Assembly: GCA_041666205.1 (NCBI GenBank)
Contig: JBAYHI010000002.1
Span: forward strand, 725-64,724
Origin: Patescibacteria group bacterium
GTDB lineage: Bacteria > Patescibacteriota > Patescibacteriia > UBA9934
Direction: 5' to 3'
DNA length: 64,000 bases
Of the stretch, positions 42,361 through 51,555 are shown one piece after another. The position numbers and the translations under genes are program-made. The notes beneath the pieces are model-generated. The model was not told where the DNA came from. It saw only the letters and a program-made list of their open reading frames with translations, and made no database searches. How positions within the stretch are numbered: the first letter of the stretch is position 1; every line of letters begins with the position of its first letter.

Positions 42361-43209
42361 TTAGCGACGCTTTAGAAGGGCGGTAAGATACGCAAGCACC
42401 AAAAAAATCGGAGTGAGGATAACAAATAGCAGCCACGCGCCCATGCCATGATGTTTTTTCATGTATTTGCGCAAGCTCTCGCGCACCCAGCGCTGTTTTT
42501 TGAGCGTTTCGATTTTCCCAAATGCATGACCTTTGTGGTGCGTCACCTCCACATCGCCAACATGCAAAATCCGCCAATCTGCTTGGCGCGCCATTTTGCA
42601 ATAATCCACCTCTTCGTACCAAAGGAAATATTGTTCATCAAAGAGTCCGATGTCTTCCATGAGCTCACGGCGAATGAACATGAATGCACCCATAATGGAA
42701 TCCACATCTTGCGTTTGCAAGGGATCAGCGTCGCGCATGAGATAGCGATCCATGACGCTCGTTTTAAGAACGTGCGGCACTTTAAGAAGAATGAGAAGTT
42801 GATCGGTAATGCCAGGAAATCGACGAATGCTTTCTTGAAGCGTGCCGTCCGGGTACCGAATGACGCAACTCGCAATCCCAATGGTTGGATCTGCATCGAT
42901 TTTTTGAATCATCTTGGCAAGCACATCGGGCGCAAAACGTGTATCAGGATTCAATAGCAAGGCATAGCGTCCACCCGATAATTTCATTCCCTGGTTCACA
43001 GCATATGCAAACCCTTTATTTTCGGGGTTTGGAATATAACGACAATTTGGGATTGCTTCGGCAAGGCGTTTGGTGTCCGCATGGTTGCCATTATCGATGA
43101 CAAGCAATTCCCAATTGAGCCTGGTAGACGATGCAACAGATGCAAAACACTCCTCTAGAATTTCCGGCTCTTCATTGAACGTGACAATAACGATGGAAAG
43201 ATCTTTCAT
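42361..43209 (-). CDS. Glycosyltransferase family 2
   Basis: SIVIVTFN, NKGFAYAVNQG, LLNPD, FDEQYFLWYEEVD. Confidence 0.92.
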   Translation of the reverse strand: MKDLSIVIVTFNEEPEILEECFASVASSTRLNWELLVIDNGNHADTKRLAEAIPNCRYIPNPENKGFAYAVNQGMKLSGGRYALLLNPDTRFAPDVLAKMIQKIDADPTIGIASCVIRYPDGTLQESIRRFPGITDQLLILLKVPHVLKTSVMDRYLMRDADPLQTQDVDSIMGAFMFIRRELMEDIGLFDEQYFLWYEEVDYCKMARQADWRILHVGDVEVTHHKGHAFGKIETLKKQRWVRESLRKYMKKHHGMGAWLLFVILTPIFLVLAYLTALLKRR

Positions 43210-43916
43210 AGATGATGTTTTTTGGCAATAATTTCGCGGGCACGCTGGTAGCGGGAAATCGTGGAAGGCGTCCATCCCAGCTTTTTCCAGGGAATCGCAT
43301 AGAAGAGTTTTGGCAACCAAGAAGACCCAATACGGGACGCGCCATAGGTTTTTGCATGCATGAGCGTTTCTGGAACGAGTACGCCTTTTTTCCCTGCCTC
43401 CACCATGGTAAGCCACACGTCCCAATCTTGCAGACGACGAATGGCCGGATCAAATCCTGGAAAATCCGCTGCGCGTACAAGAGCCGTGGTATGAATAAAA
43501 TTATGGTGACGCAATTTTTGCGCGTCAAATGGCACGCCACGGAATTTTTTGAATCCGAATCGGAACGCACTATACGCAATGGAGCAATCCGGGTGCGCGG
43601 CAAGTGCGTGTACGAGTTTTTCAATCATGTCGGGCTTCATGACAACATCCGCATCCACAAACAGCAGAAATTCCCCTTGCGCTTCCTGCATCCCGCGATT
43701 GCGTGCAGGATTCGCTCCCTGGTTTTTTTGCAAAATAACGAGCACGCGATCTCGAAATTCCTCAAGCACATCTTGGGTGCGATCAGTTGAGCCGTCGTCC
43801 ACGACGATTATTTCCGTACACCCATACGTTTGCGCCAATACCGAACGCAAACACGACGGAAGTGCTTCCGCATGCTGATACGTTGGAATAATAATGCTCA
43901 CGAGTTCTTCAATCAT
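43206..43916 (-). CDS. Glycosyltransferase family 2
   Basis: SIIIPTY, VVDDGSTD, ARNRG, FVDAD, QDWD. Confidence 0.92.
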   Translation of the reverse strand: MIEELVSIIIPTYQHAEALPSCLRSVLAQTYGCTEIIVVDDGSTDRTQDVLEEFRDRVLVILQKNQGANPARNRGMQEAQGEFLLFVDADVVMKPDMIEKLVHALAAHPDCSIAYSAFRFGFKKFRGVPFDAQKLRHHNFIHTTALVRAADFPGFDPAIRRLQDWDVWLTMVEAGKKGVLVPETLMHAKTYGASRIGSSWLPKLFYAIPWKKLGWTPSTISRYQRAREIIAKKHHL

Positions 43917-44917
43917 AGGTTGAGAAGCGACTGGAACGCGTGTTCACGCGAAAATTCACCAAGGACGCGTAAACGAGCGTCTGCGCCATATTTGATGCGA
44001 ATCTCGGGGTGCGACCATAAATAAACAATGGCGTCGCGCAACTCCTCGTTTGAATTTACAAGGCATCCGGTCATATGGTCAAGCACGGCTTCGCGCACAC
44101 CCGGAAGATCAGATGCAACCACGGGAAGTCCAAAAAGCGCGGCTTCCAAATACACAATCCCAAATCCTTCCCGATCGTATGGCGTGGAGATCGTTGGCAT
44201 CACAAAGAGGTCGGCTTCACGATAGAATGTTGGTAAATCAAAATCCGAAACGTGATGGAAAAATTGTACGCGTTCGCGCACGCTGAGTCGCTCTGCTTCT
44301 TTTTCCAGTTCCAAAATGTAGGGCCCATCGCCCACCACCTGGTATCGAAGGCGTGGCAAATTGCGCATGAGTTCGAAAATACGCGTATGCCCTTTTCGTG
44401 GCACGAGGCGCGCGACCGTGAGCAGAATAAAATCCTCGTGTTCGTCTTTCTGCGCGCGAGCGGGTAAATCAGCAGACGCATCAATCATTTCTTGACGTAC
44501 GCACGGATACACGACCATGGGTTTTTTCACGTGAGCAAAATCTGCAATTTCATTGGCAAGGGCCACGGAATTTGCAATAACGGTTTTCGCATTTCGTAAA
44601 ATGCGTTTTGCCAAAAATCGTCGAACAAAGGAACGCTTTGCTAAATCAAAATCCATCCCGTGCAAAATGAGCGTATACGGAACCCCGGAAACAAATGCAG
44701 CCGTGCCCACGGGGAAAATATGGCTCACAAGCAATTCAAATCCTTCTTTTTGTTTGGTACGAAATTCCAAAACCATGGCAAGATGAGTCGGCAATTTCCC
44801 ATCGGTTGCGCGTACTTCAAGGCGCTCGCCAAGGGTTTCTTTCACCGCGCCAAGATACCTGGCAACACCGCCGAGCATGGGCGGATAATCAGGCGTCAGG
44901 AGAAAGAGGCGTGACAT
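43913..44917 (-). CDS. Glycosyltransferase family 4
   Basis: YPPMLGGV, VARLVPRKG, EGFGIVYLEA. Confidence 0.92.
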   Translation of the reverse strand: MSRLFLLTPDYPPMLGGVARYLGAVKETLGERLEVRATDGKLPTHLAMVLEFRTKQKEGFELLVSHIFPVGTAAFVSGVPYTLILHGMDFDLAKRSFVRRFLAKRILRNAKTVIANSVALANEIADFAHVKKPMVVYPCVRQEMIDASADLPARAQKDEHEDFILLTVARLVPRKGHTRIFELMRNLPRLRYQVVGDGPYILELEKEAERLSVRERVQFFHHVSDFDLPTFYREADLFVMPTISTPYDREGFGIVYLEAALFGLPVVASDLPGVREAVLDHMTGCLVNSNEELRDAIVYLWSHPEIRIKYGADARLRVLGEFSREHAFQSLLNL

Positions 44918-46352
44918 AGGGTTTGCGATGAATAAGCGCGCGGAACGATTGCCAATGTGCTGTAGTGATCATTTTTGTACAAAGGAGGGTGAGACCATAC
45001 ACGCACGCACCAAGCGGAATCACGAACGCAAAATGCATATACGGCTTCACCAGGAGAACAATCGCAACCATAAGGATGGCGCCAAGCACAATCCCCCACG
45101 TTGCTTTGATAAAATCCAAAATGCCCAATGGCACAATCCGCCGGACCATCATCCAGCCAGATGCAAACATCACAAAAAAAGAAATAAGCGCTGCGATGCA
45201 CGCACCCAGAAGACCAAAAAGTGGAATGAGCACAAGGTTCAATAAAATATTGAGAACCATCACAATGCCCATGATGGTCATTTGCGTATATTGATGCCCG
45301 GTTGCATTCAAGAGTGAACCAAGCGGATAATCCAGGAATAAGAAAATGAGAACAAAAATGAGAATTTGCAATGGCAAAATCGACCCGAGATAATCCGCAG
45401 ACATAAACGTGCCAATGATTTCCGGGGCAAGGGCAAAAATCCCTCCAACAATTGGGAATGCCATGAGGGCCATATACCAGAGCCCCTGCAGCAAAATGCG
45501 TTTGAGCTCCTGAGGATTATGCGCTTGCGAGCTCATGGTGGGATAAAGGGCCGCTACAAATGCCAGAGGAAGAAATTGAAATGCATACGTAAATTTATTT
45601 GCAACCGCATATAACCCCACTGCTCCGGTTCCCAATACCTCGTGCAAAATCAAACTATCTGCATATGCATAGAGCTTGGAAAATATTGCTGCCAAGAAAA
45701 ATGCAAATGCAGCCTTGAGGGGCGTGAATCCCAATTCAAATGAAGGCTTGAGTGCAGACCAGCCCAAGCGACGCAAAATTTGGATGCCCGAAAACACCAC
45801 ATTCCACGTGCTTCCCACAATGAGCGCCACCATGAGCATCGGGAGCGTTGCAATCCCCAGAAAAACAAAGGTGATGCCAAGAATTGTGGTGATACTTTGC
45901 CCGACAAAAATCCCAAGCGATTCATAGCGCAGATTTTGCAGTCCACGCAATACGCCATAAAGCGAGAGCGAAAGTGTATCAGCGATCATGATGAAAATCG
46001 CCAAATGGATGAGCGTTGTAAGCTCTGCATCGTATCCAAAGATGAGGGGCACACAAATTGCAAGCAAAATCGAGAGTGGAATCGAAACGAGTTTCCATCC
46101 AAGCATTACGCGTGACCATTTCGCAGCATCCTCGGGGTGTTTTGCAACTTCACGAATCGTGACCGATGTGAGCCCAACATCCTCAAAAACCGCCAAGATC
46201 GTGGCAATTCCCAATGCCAAAAAATAGGCCCCATTATCATCGACGCCTATTACGTTGGCAATGACGGTAAAATAGGCCAAAGAAATCACCTTCTGCGCAA
46301 TCGATGCCAGGGTGAAATAAATCGTATTTTTAGCCAAATGTGCCTCTGCCAT
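44889..46352 (-). CDS. Polysaccharide flippase (Wzx-like)
   Basis: About 12-14 TM; LAKNT, GLYAVANK, LNLVLIPLFGLLGACIA. Confidence 0.88.
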   Translation of the reverse strand: MAEAHLAKNTIYFTLASIAQKVISLAYFTVIANVIGVDDNGAYFLALGIATILAVFEDVGLTSVTIREVAKHPEDAAKWSRVMLGWKLVSIPLSILLAICVPLIFGYDAELTTLIHLAIFIMIADTLSLSLYGVLRGLQNLRYESLGIFVGQSITTILGITFVFLGIATLPMLMVALIVGSTWNVVFSGIQILRRLGWSALKPSFELGFTPLKAAFAFFLAAIFSKLYAYADSLILHEVLGTGAVGLYAVANKFTYAFQFLPLAFVAALYPTMSSQAHNPQELKRILLQGLWYMALMAFPIVGGIFALAPEIIGTFMSADYLGSILPLQILIFVLIFLFLDYPLGSLLNATGHQYTQMTIMGIVMVLNILLNLVLIPLFGLLGACIAALISFFVMFASGWMMVRRIVPLGILDFIKATWGIVLGAILMVAIVLLVKPYMHFAFVIPLGACVYGLTLLCTKMITTAHWQSFRALIHRKPYVTPLSPDA

Positions 46353-46394
46353 AGATGTGCTCCATCATAGCCAACTTGGCAGGCTTTAGCAAAC

Positions 46395-46424
46395 AAAAAA
46401 AGACCGCCGAATAGGCAGTCTTTT
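46395..46424 (-). terminator. Terminator of the ribosomal protein operon
   Basis: aaaagac(c)gcc-gaata-ggcagtctttt hairpin with a T run on the minus strand. Confidence 0.65.
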
Positions 46425-46439
46425 CTTAAAATCATGTTA

Positions 46440-46563
46440 TAAAACTTTCGTATTTGGATGCAGAACGAGGAAAAAATCGAGCAACGAGGAGGCGTACCTA
46501 GATGTACGGCGACGATGTGCGGAGATTTTTGACGAAGTTATGCGCCAAATACGGAATGTTTTA
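46440..46563. mobile_element. About 124-bp MITE-like element abutting the rpsI stop codon
   Basis: Imperfect terminal inverted repeats taaaactttcgtatttgg / ccaaatacggaatgtttta; internal cgtac-ctagat-gtacg hairpin. Confidence 0.6.
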
Positions 46564-46962
46564 ACGCTTGCGCCACTGTGTTGCACGACGTGCACCACGA
46601 TGACCGAATTTCTTGCGTTCCTTCTTTCGTGCATCACGTGTGAGGAGACCTTTGTCTTTAAGGGATTTCTTCACGGTTTCATCATAGGTAACCAGGGCGC
46701 GAGCAATCGCAAGCGCAATTGCATCGGCTTGACCACGAAGTCCGCCACCAATCGTGCGAGCGGAAATATCCACGATTTCTTGTTTTCCAACTTCGGTGAG
46801 TGGTTTTACAATAACCGATCGGTAGGTATTGTGCCCGCCAAAATGTTCATCGAGCTTTTTGCCGTTAACCGTAATTACTCCAGAGCCGCCCATGGAAAGG
46901 CGAACCTTGGCAATAGCGGTCTTGCGACGTCCAATTCCTTGGTAATAATTCTTTTCAGCCAT
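46561..46962 (-). CDS. rpsI: 30S ribosomal protein S9
   Basis: GRRKTAIAKV, GGGLRGQADA, LLTRDARKKERKK, QWRKR. Confidence 0.98.
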   Translation of the reverse strand: MAEKNYYQGIGRRKTAIAKVRLSMGGSGVITVNGKKLDEHFGGHNTYRSVIVKPLTEVGKQEIVDISARTIGGGLRGQADAIALAIARALVTYDETVKKSLKDKGLLTRDARKKERKKFGHRGARRATQWRKR

Positions 46963-46963
46963 A

Positions 46964-47311
46964 TTATGAAATAGTCAATCGTTCCATGCGACGATCGCGG
47001 TGGTTATTTTTTGGAAGCATACGAGACACGGCCATCTCGATAACTTTCTTTGGATCGTTTTGCATAAGAACGCTCATTTTTCGCTCACGAATTCCACCTG
47101 GATATTGCGTGTGACGAATATAGATTTTTTGATCGAGCTTTTTGCCGGTGATTTTCACGTCTTTTGCATTTGTGATAATCACAATATCGCCATCATCAAT
47201 GTTTGGCACATAGCTCGTTTTGTACTTGCCCATGAGGTGCAATGCAATATCTGTTGCAAGACGGCCAAGCACTTTTCCGGATGCATCAATTGTATAGGTG
47301 GTTCGTGGCAT
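46964..47311 (-). CDS. rplM: 50S ribosomal protein L13
   Basis: IDASGKVLGRLA, HTQYPGG, RMLPKN. Confidence 0.97.
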   Translation of the reverse strand: MPRTTYTIDASGKVLGRLATDIALHLMGKYKTSYVPNIDDGDIVIITNAKDVKITGKKLDQKIYIRHTQYPGGIRERKMSVLMQNDPKKVIEMAVSRMLPKNNHRDRRMERLTIS

Positions 47312-47312
47312 A

Positions 47313-47663
47313 TTAAAGAAGTTCAATTTGCACCGTTGGCGCAGCGTCTCCTACGCGACGACCAAGTTTGGTGATTCGGACGTATCCGCCCTGACGATCC
47401 TTGAGGCGTGGCGCAATCACTTCCATCAGCTTATTCACCGGCTGTTCTGTGGTGAAATAAGAAAGAAGTCGGCGACGTGCTGCAAGATCGTTTTTCTTTG
47501 CAATCGTAATGAGGTGCTCGATTTCTGGTCGCACCGCTTTTGCCTTCGTCTGCGTCATCACGACTTTTTCGTAAACCACAACCGAGGTTGCGAGATCACG
47601 CATAAGCGCTTTGCGAGCAGCAGAGACACGATTTAATGTTTTGATTACTTTTCGATGACGCAT
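47313..47663 (-). CDS. rplQ: 50S ribosomal protein L17
   Basis: MRHRK, TQTKAK, RQGGYVRI, RVGDAA. Confidence 0.98.
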   Translation of the reverse strand: MRHRKVIKTLNRVSAARKALMRDLATSVVVYEKVVMTQTKAKAVRPEIEHLITIAKKNDLAARRRLLSYFTTEQPVNKLMEVIAPRLKDRQGGYVRITKLGRRVGDAAPTVQIELL

Positions 47664-47666
47664 ACC

Positions 47667-48455
47667 TTATTTTTCATCCTCCGATTCAAGTGATTCCTCC
47701 GGAGCTTCGACTTCTGCGACCTCTTCCTTTGATGCGCTGATCTTCTCGGTGAGGGACGCGTGTGAAATCTGACCGTCAATCCAATTGAAGTGATTTAAAA
47801 TGATTTTGATAGAGTCCGCTACCGCATCTTGTGGCGTCATGGTGCCATCGGTGAGGATGGTCATGAGCAACTTATCGTAGTTGGTGATTTCTCCAACGCG
47901 CGTGTTCTCAATTCGGATTCCAACGTTGAGAACCGGGCTGAACAATGCGTCCACGGCAATGACGCCGATGTCGTTGCCCGTGGTATCTCGTTCCTCGGTT
48001 GGAACATACCCGCGGCCTCGACCCACCGTGATATCCATGATGAGCTTTCCTGTTTTTGCGGTCATGGTGGCAAGAACCAAATCGCCGTTGATGATTTCAA
48101 CATCGGCATTTGGCGTAATATCTTTTGCCGTTACTTCGCCTTCACGATTGGTAAGATCGAGGTGCAAGACAACCGGATCGGCTGAATGCACTTTCATGCG
48201 AAGCTGTTTCAAGTTGAGGATGATTTCCAATACATCTTCTTTTACCCCCTCAATCGTTGAAAATTCATGCTGAGTTCCTTTGATCTTAACGGAAAGAACC
48301 GCAGAACCCTCAAGGGACGAAAGCAAAACGCGTCGGAGCATGTTTCCAACGGTCATGCCATACCCATGGTGCAAAGGCTCAATGGTCAAAATGGCCTCGT
48401 TTGGCGTTGCGCCATCGGCAAAGGTCATTTTAGAAGGAAGAAGGATGTTCTCCAT
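47667..48455 (-). CDS. rpoA: RNA polymerase subunit alpha (no recognisable CTD)
   Basis: EPLHHGYGMTVGNMLRRVLLSS, HEFSTIEGVKED, DALFSPV; 262 aa. Confidence 0.96.
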   Translation of the reverse strand: MENILLPSKMTFADGATPNEAILTIEPLHHGYGMTVGNMLRRVLLSSLEGSAVLSVKIKGTQHEFSTIEGVKEDVLEIILNLKQLRMKVHSADPVVLHLDLTNREGEVTAKDITPNADVEIINGDLVLATMTAKTGKLIMDITVGRGRGYVPTEERDTTGNDIGVIAVDALFSPVLNVGIRIENTRVGEITNYDKLLMTILTDGTMTPQDAVADSIKIILNHFNWIDGQISHASLTEKISASKEEVAEVEAPEESLESEDEK

Positions 48456-48463
48456 ATGATGAT

Positions 48464-49102
48464 TTAGCGTGAATAGAATTCAACGATCAGCTTTGGATCA
48501 TACACTTCCTTCAGGTCCTCCCCTTCCGGCTGACTCACAACTTTCCCTTCGCGTTTCGAAAGGTCCATAAAGAGCCAACCAGGAACCGTATGATTTTTCA
48601 TGCGCTCTTCAAGATCATTGAAGACCGCCTTTGCTTTTTTATTTTCGCGGATTGCAATCACGTCGTTTACGCGCACCTGGTAGGATGGGATGTTCACCGT
48701 TTCCCCATTGATGGAGAACTGGCAGTGACTCACCATTTGGCGTGCTTGTGGACGTGTTTTTGCAAATCCAAGTCGGAACACCACGTTATCGAGACGCATC
48801 TCCAGGAAGCGTGGCAAAATTTCCGCCGTGTTTCCTTTAATACGAATAGATTTCTCGAAGTAATTTCGGAATTGGCGTTCCATGATGCCATACAAGCGTT
48901 TCGCTTTCTGCTTTTCGCGCAATTGGCGACCATAGGCAGACATGCGAGACCCACCGCCCATGCCACCGCGAGCGGCAGCTGGACCGTGAACGCCAGGACC
49001 GTATGGTCGGCGTTGCATGACTTTAAGAGCTTTATTGCTCGTGGAAAGTGGGGCGCCTTCGCGTCGGCTCATGCGACCCATTTTTTGTAATGTTTTTCCC
49101 AT
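48464..49102 (-). CDS. rpsD: 30S ribosomal protein S4
   Basis: YGRQLREKQK, LEMRLDNVVFRLG, IVEFYSR. Confidence 0.98.
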   Translation of the reverse strand: MGKTLQKMGRMSRREGAPLSTSNKALKVMQRRPYGPGVHGPAAARGGMGGGSRMSAYGRQLREKQKAKRLYGIMERQFRNYFEKSIRIKGNTAEILPRFLEMRLDNVVFRLGFAKTRPQARQMVSHCQFSINGETVNIPSYQVRVNDVIAIRENKKAKAVFNDLEERMKNHTVPGWLFMDLSKREGKVVSQPEGEDLKEVYDPKLIVEFYSR

Positions 49103-49111
49103 ATCTATCCG

Positions 49112-49606
49112 TTAAACTCGGCGTGCGCGACCTGGTCGGCAACCATTATGTGGTGTGGTCGTTGTTTCTTTTACAGAAAGAACGCTCAAACCTTTTGTGT
49201 TGAAAGTTCGGATGGCAGAATCACGCCCAGAGCCAATGCCTGTGGCATACACATGGACTTCTTTCATGCCAAGCGGTTCAACCTTATCGCAAACTTTTGT
49301 GGCAACAATACTTGCGGCGTATGGAGTTGCTTTCTTTGGACCAGTGAATCCGCAGTTACCCGCAGAAGCCCAAGCGATCGCGTTGCCATTTGGATCGGTA
49401 ATTGTGATGATCGTGTTATTGAGAGAAGCGTGAATATATGCGCGACCACGTGGCATTGCCTTGAATGCACGGCGCTTGCCTTTTGCAGTGCGAATAAATT
49501 GCGCTTTCTTTTCCGTTTTCTTTTCAGCTTTTGGAGCTTCAACACCCTCAGCCGCTGGCACTGCAGCAACTTCTGGCACGACGTCCAATGATGTTTGATC
49601 TGTCAT
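49112..49606 (-). CDS. rpsK: 30S ribosomal protein S11 with N-terminal extension
   Basis: NNTIITITD, KKATPYAA, PHNGCRP. Confidence 0.97.
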   Translation of the reverse strand: MTDQTSLDVVPEVAAVPAAEGVEAPKAEKKTEKKAQFIRTAKGKRRAFKAMPRGRAYIHASLNNTIITITDPNGNAIAWASAGNCGFTGPKKATPYAASIVATKVCDKVEPLGMKEVHVYATGIGSGRDSAIRTFNTKGLSVLSVKETTTTPHNGCRPGRARRV

Positions 49607-49607
49607 A

Positions 49608-49994
49608 TTATGTCTTTGTCACAAGGCGACGACCGGAACCGGCAGTCTTTCGAACGTTTCCACGAACGGAACGAGAGTTGGTACGTGTACGCTGACCACG
49701 GCATGGCAAATTTTTTGCATGTCGGGTGCCACGGTAGCAACTGATTTCTTTCATGCGCTTGATGTTTGCAAGCACGACACGGCGAAGTTCTCCTTCGACG
49801 CGATACTGCTTTTCAACCATCGTGCGGATGGTGTTTTCCTGGTCAGGTGTTAAATCCTTGACCCGGATCGTTCCATCGATGTTGGCCTCCTTAAGAATTT
49901 TTTGCGCCGTTGTATCGCCAATACCATAAATGTAGGTGAGAGCAGTCTCAACACATTTATTCGAGGGGATCGTGACGCCTGCAATACGTGCCAT
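49608..49994 (-). CDS. rpsM: 30S ribosomal protein S13
   Basis: [26 protein letters not shown]. Confidence 0.98.
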   Translation of the reverse strand: MARIAGVTIPSNKCVETALTYIYGIGDTTAQKILKEANIDGTIRVKDLTPDQENTIRTMVEKQYRVEGELRRVVLANIKRMKEISCYRGTRHAKNLPCRGQRTRTNSRSVRGNVRKTAGSGRRLVTKT

Positions 49995-49997
49995 AGG

Positions 49998-50111
49998 TTA
50001 GCCTTGACGTTGTTTATGTTTTGGATTCTTACAAATGCAATGAAGACGGCCCTCGCGGCGAACCACGTGGCAGTCTCGGCAGATCTTTTTGACGGATGCG
50101 CGAACTTTCAT
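49998..50111 (-). CDS. rpmJ: 50S ribosomal protein L36 (not in ORF track)
   Basis: [37 protein letters not shown]. Confidence 0.97.
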   Translation of the reverse strand: MKVRASVKKICRDCHVVRREGRLHCICKNPKHKQRQG

Positions 50112-50190
50112 AAAAATTTGATTTCTTCTGATACGACAATATCATCCGAAAAATTGGATGACATTGATTGTAGAGTCGGGATGCCGTCCG

Positions 50191-50406
50191 TTAAAAACGG
50201 AACGTGATTCGACCCTTTGTGAGATCGTACGGGCTGATCTCAACTTTGACCTCATCGCCAGGGAGAATGCGAATATGGAACTTTCGCAATCGGCCGGACA
50301 AATGAGCAATGATTTCTTGCTCGTTTTCGAGCTTCACACGAAATTGCCCTGCCGGAAGAGCTTCCTCAACCGAACCGCGCATTTCGATGAACTGTTTTTC
50401 TGCCAT
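50191..50406 (-). CDS. infA: Translation initiation factor IF-1
   Basis: [31 protein letters not shown]. Confidence 0.97.
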   Translation of the reverse strand: MAEKQFIEMRGSVEEALPAGQFRVKLENEQEIIAHLSGRLRKFHIRILPGDEVKVEISPYDLTKGRITFRF

Positions 50407-50497
50407 AAGCGCCTGCATCATAGCAAAGGCACAAAATTTTGGCAAGAACTAGAGGAAATTGTTTGCGCCGGAATGTTACTAAATCGGCTGGGTTCTG

Positions 50498-51076
50498 TCA
50501 AGGAATTGCGTGGGAGGCCTCAGGGGTTGATTTTAGGCTCCAATTCCTGGGATTCTCGCGAATATAGACGCGGATACGATGCAATTCGATGTCGTTGCGG
50601 ATAATTCGATCGTGGAATGATCGATGCCAAATCAATTTGCCGGGTGATTGGCGAATTTCGTTAATGCGTTTCGTTGATTGATATTTGAAATATGCGATGA
50701 TTTGCCCCAGGGTTCGCCGTAGGGGTCGGGTTCCCCGACCCGTTGCTTCGATGCGCAATGAATCAAGCGGGCGGGGAAACCCCGCCCGTACAGCGGTTTC
50801 GTCGCGCGGAATGATTTCGATAATGCCGTGCAGGTGATTTGGCATGATGATATAGGTATCGAGACGAAGATAAGGAAAATGATTCGGTAGTGCGATCCAA
50901 TATTTTTCGATAATTTTTCCAAAATCGTTCAATTGCATTTTGTTGTTTTCAATTGTGCCGAAAATTTCCTCGAAATATCTGGTATTAAATGTAATAAAAT
51001 ATGTTGCAGGCCGTGAATAATCGTAAGCAGGTAATCGAATTGGACGTCGTACAGGCCAGATTGAATTTTCGAACAT
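50498..51076 (-). mobile_element. REP-associated tyrosine transposase (RAYT/TnpA-REP, Y1 HUH family)
   Basis: RLPAYDYS...YFIT, MPNHLHGII (HUH), WHRSFHDRIIR, YIRENPRNW (catalytic Tyr). Confidence 0.9.
50719..50791. repeat. Inverted REP doublet inside the RAYT ORF
   Basis: gtaggggtcgggttccccgacccgt (50719-50743) and reverse complement gtacgggcggggtttccccgcccgc (50767-50791). Confidence 0.8.
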
Positions 51077-51164
51077 AAATCCCCAAGACTATTTGGGGAG
51101 ATATGATATAAGTTTCAAAGATTTTTTTGATTTGGTCAAGGCATCTTGTGCACGACGACAAACA

Positions 51165-51554
51165 CTAGGGGCTTAGGAAATATTCCCCATGGGTCCACCA
51201 TGGATTTGGAAATGCGGAAAGATAATAAACTTTGAAAACCAAGAAGTTATATTTTGGGCCTACATTCTCTGGCAACTGAGGCTCTCCCCAGCCGATATAC
51301 CATGGCATATTGACCAGTTGCCTTTCCCCCGGTTTTAAAGAAAGATGAACAGATGGAGATGTTGGACCAACGACTGTTTGGCTGACATCGTGATCTGTAT
51401 CGTTAATGAAGAGCAGTGCAGGTGTTGCGGACTTAAGTGCCACGGCAATCATCAAACAAACGCCGATAACAATTATTGGCAATATACCAAAAACCTTATA
51501 TCGTTTCTTTGATCGTTTAGCATGTAGCCCCCCATTGTTTTGTTTATTCGTCAT
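51165..51554 (-). CDS. Hypothetical membrane-anchored protein
   Basis: Basic N-terminus plus TM helix; starts 1 nt after the alaS stop. Confidence 0.65.
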   Translation of the reverse strand: MTNKQNNGGLHAKRSKKRYKVFGILPIIVIGVCLMIAVALKSATPALLFINDTDHDVSQTVVGPTSPSVHLSLKPGERQLVNMPWYIGWGEPQLPENVGPKYNFLVFKVYYLSAFPNPWWTHGEYFLSP

Positions 51555-51555
51555 A

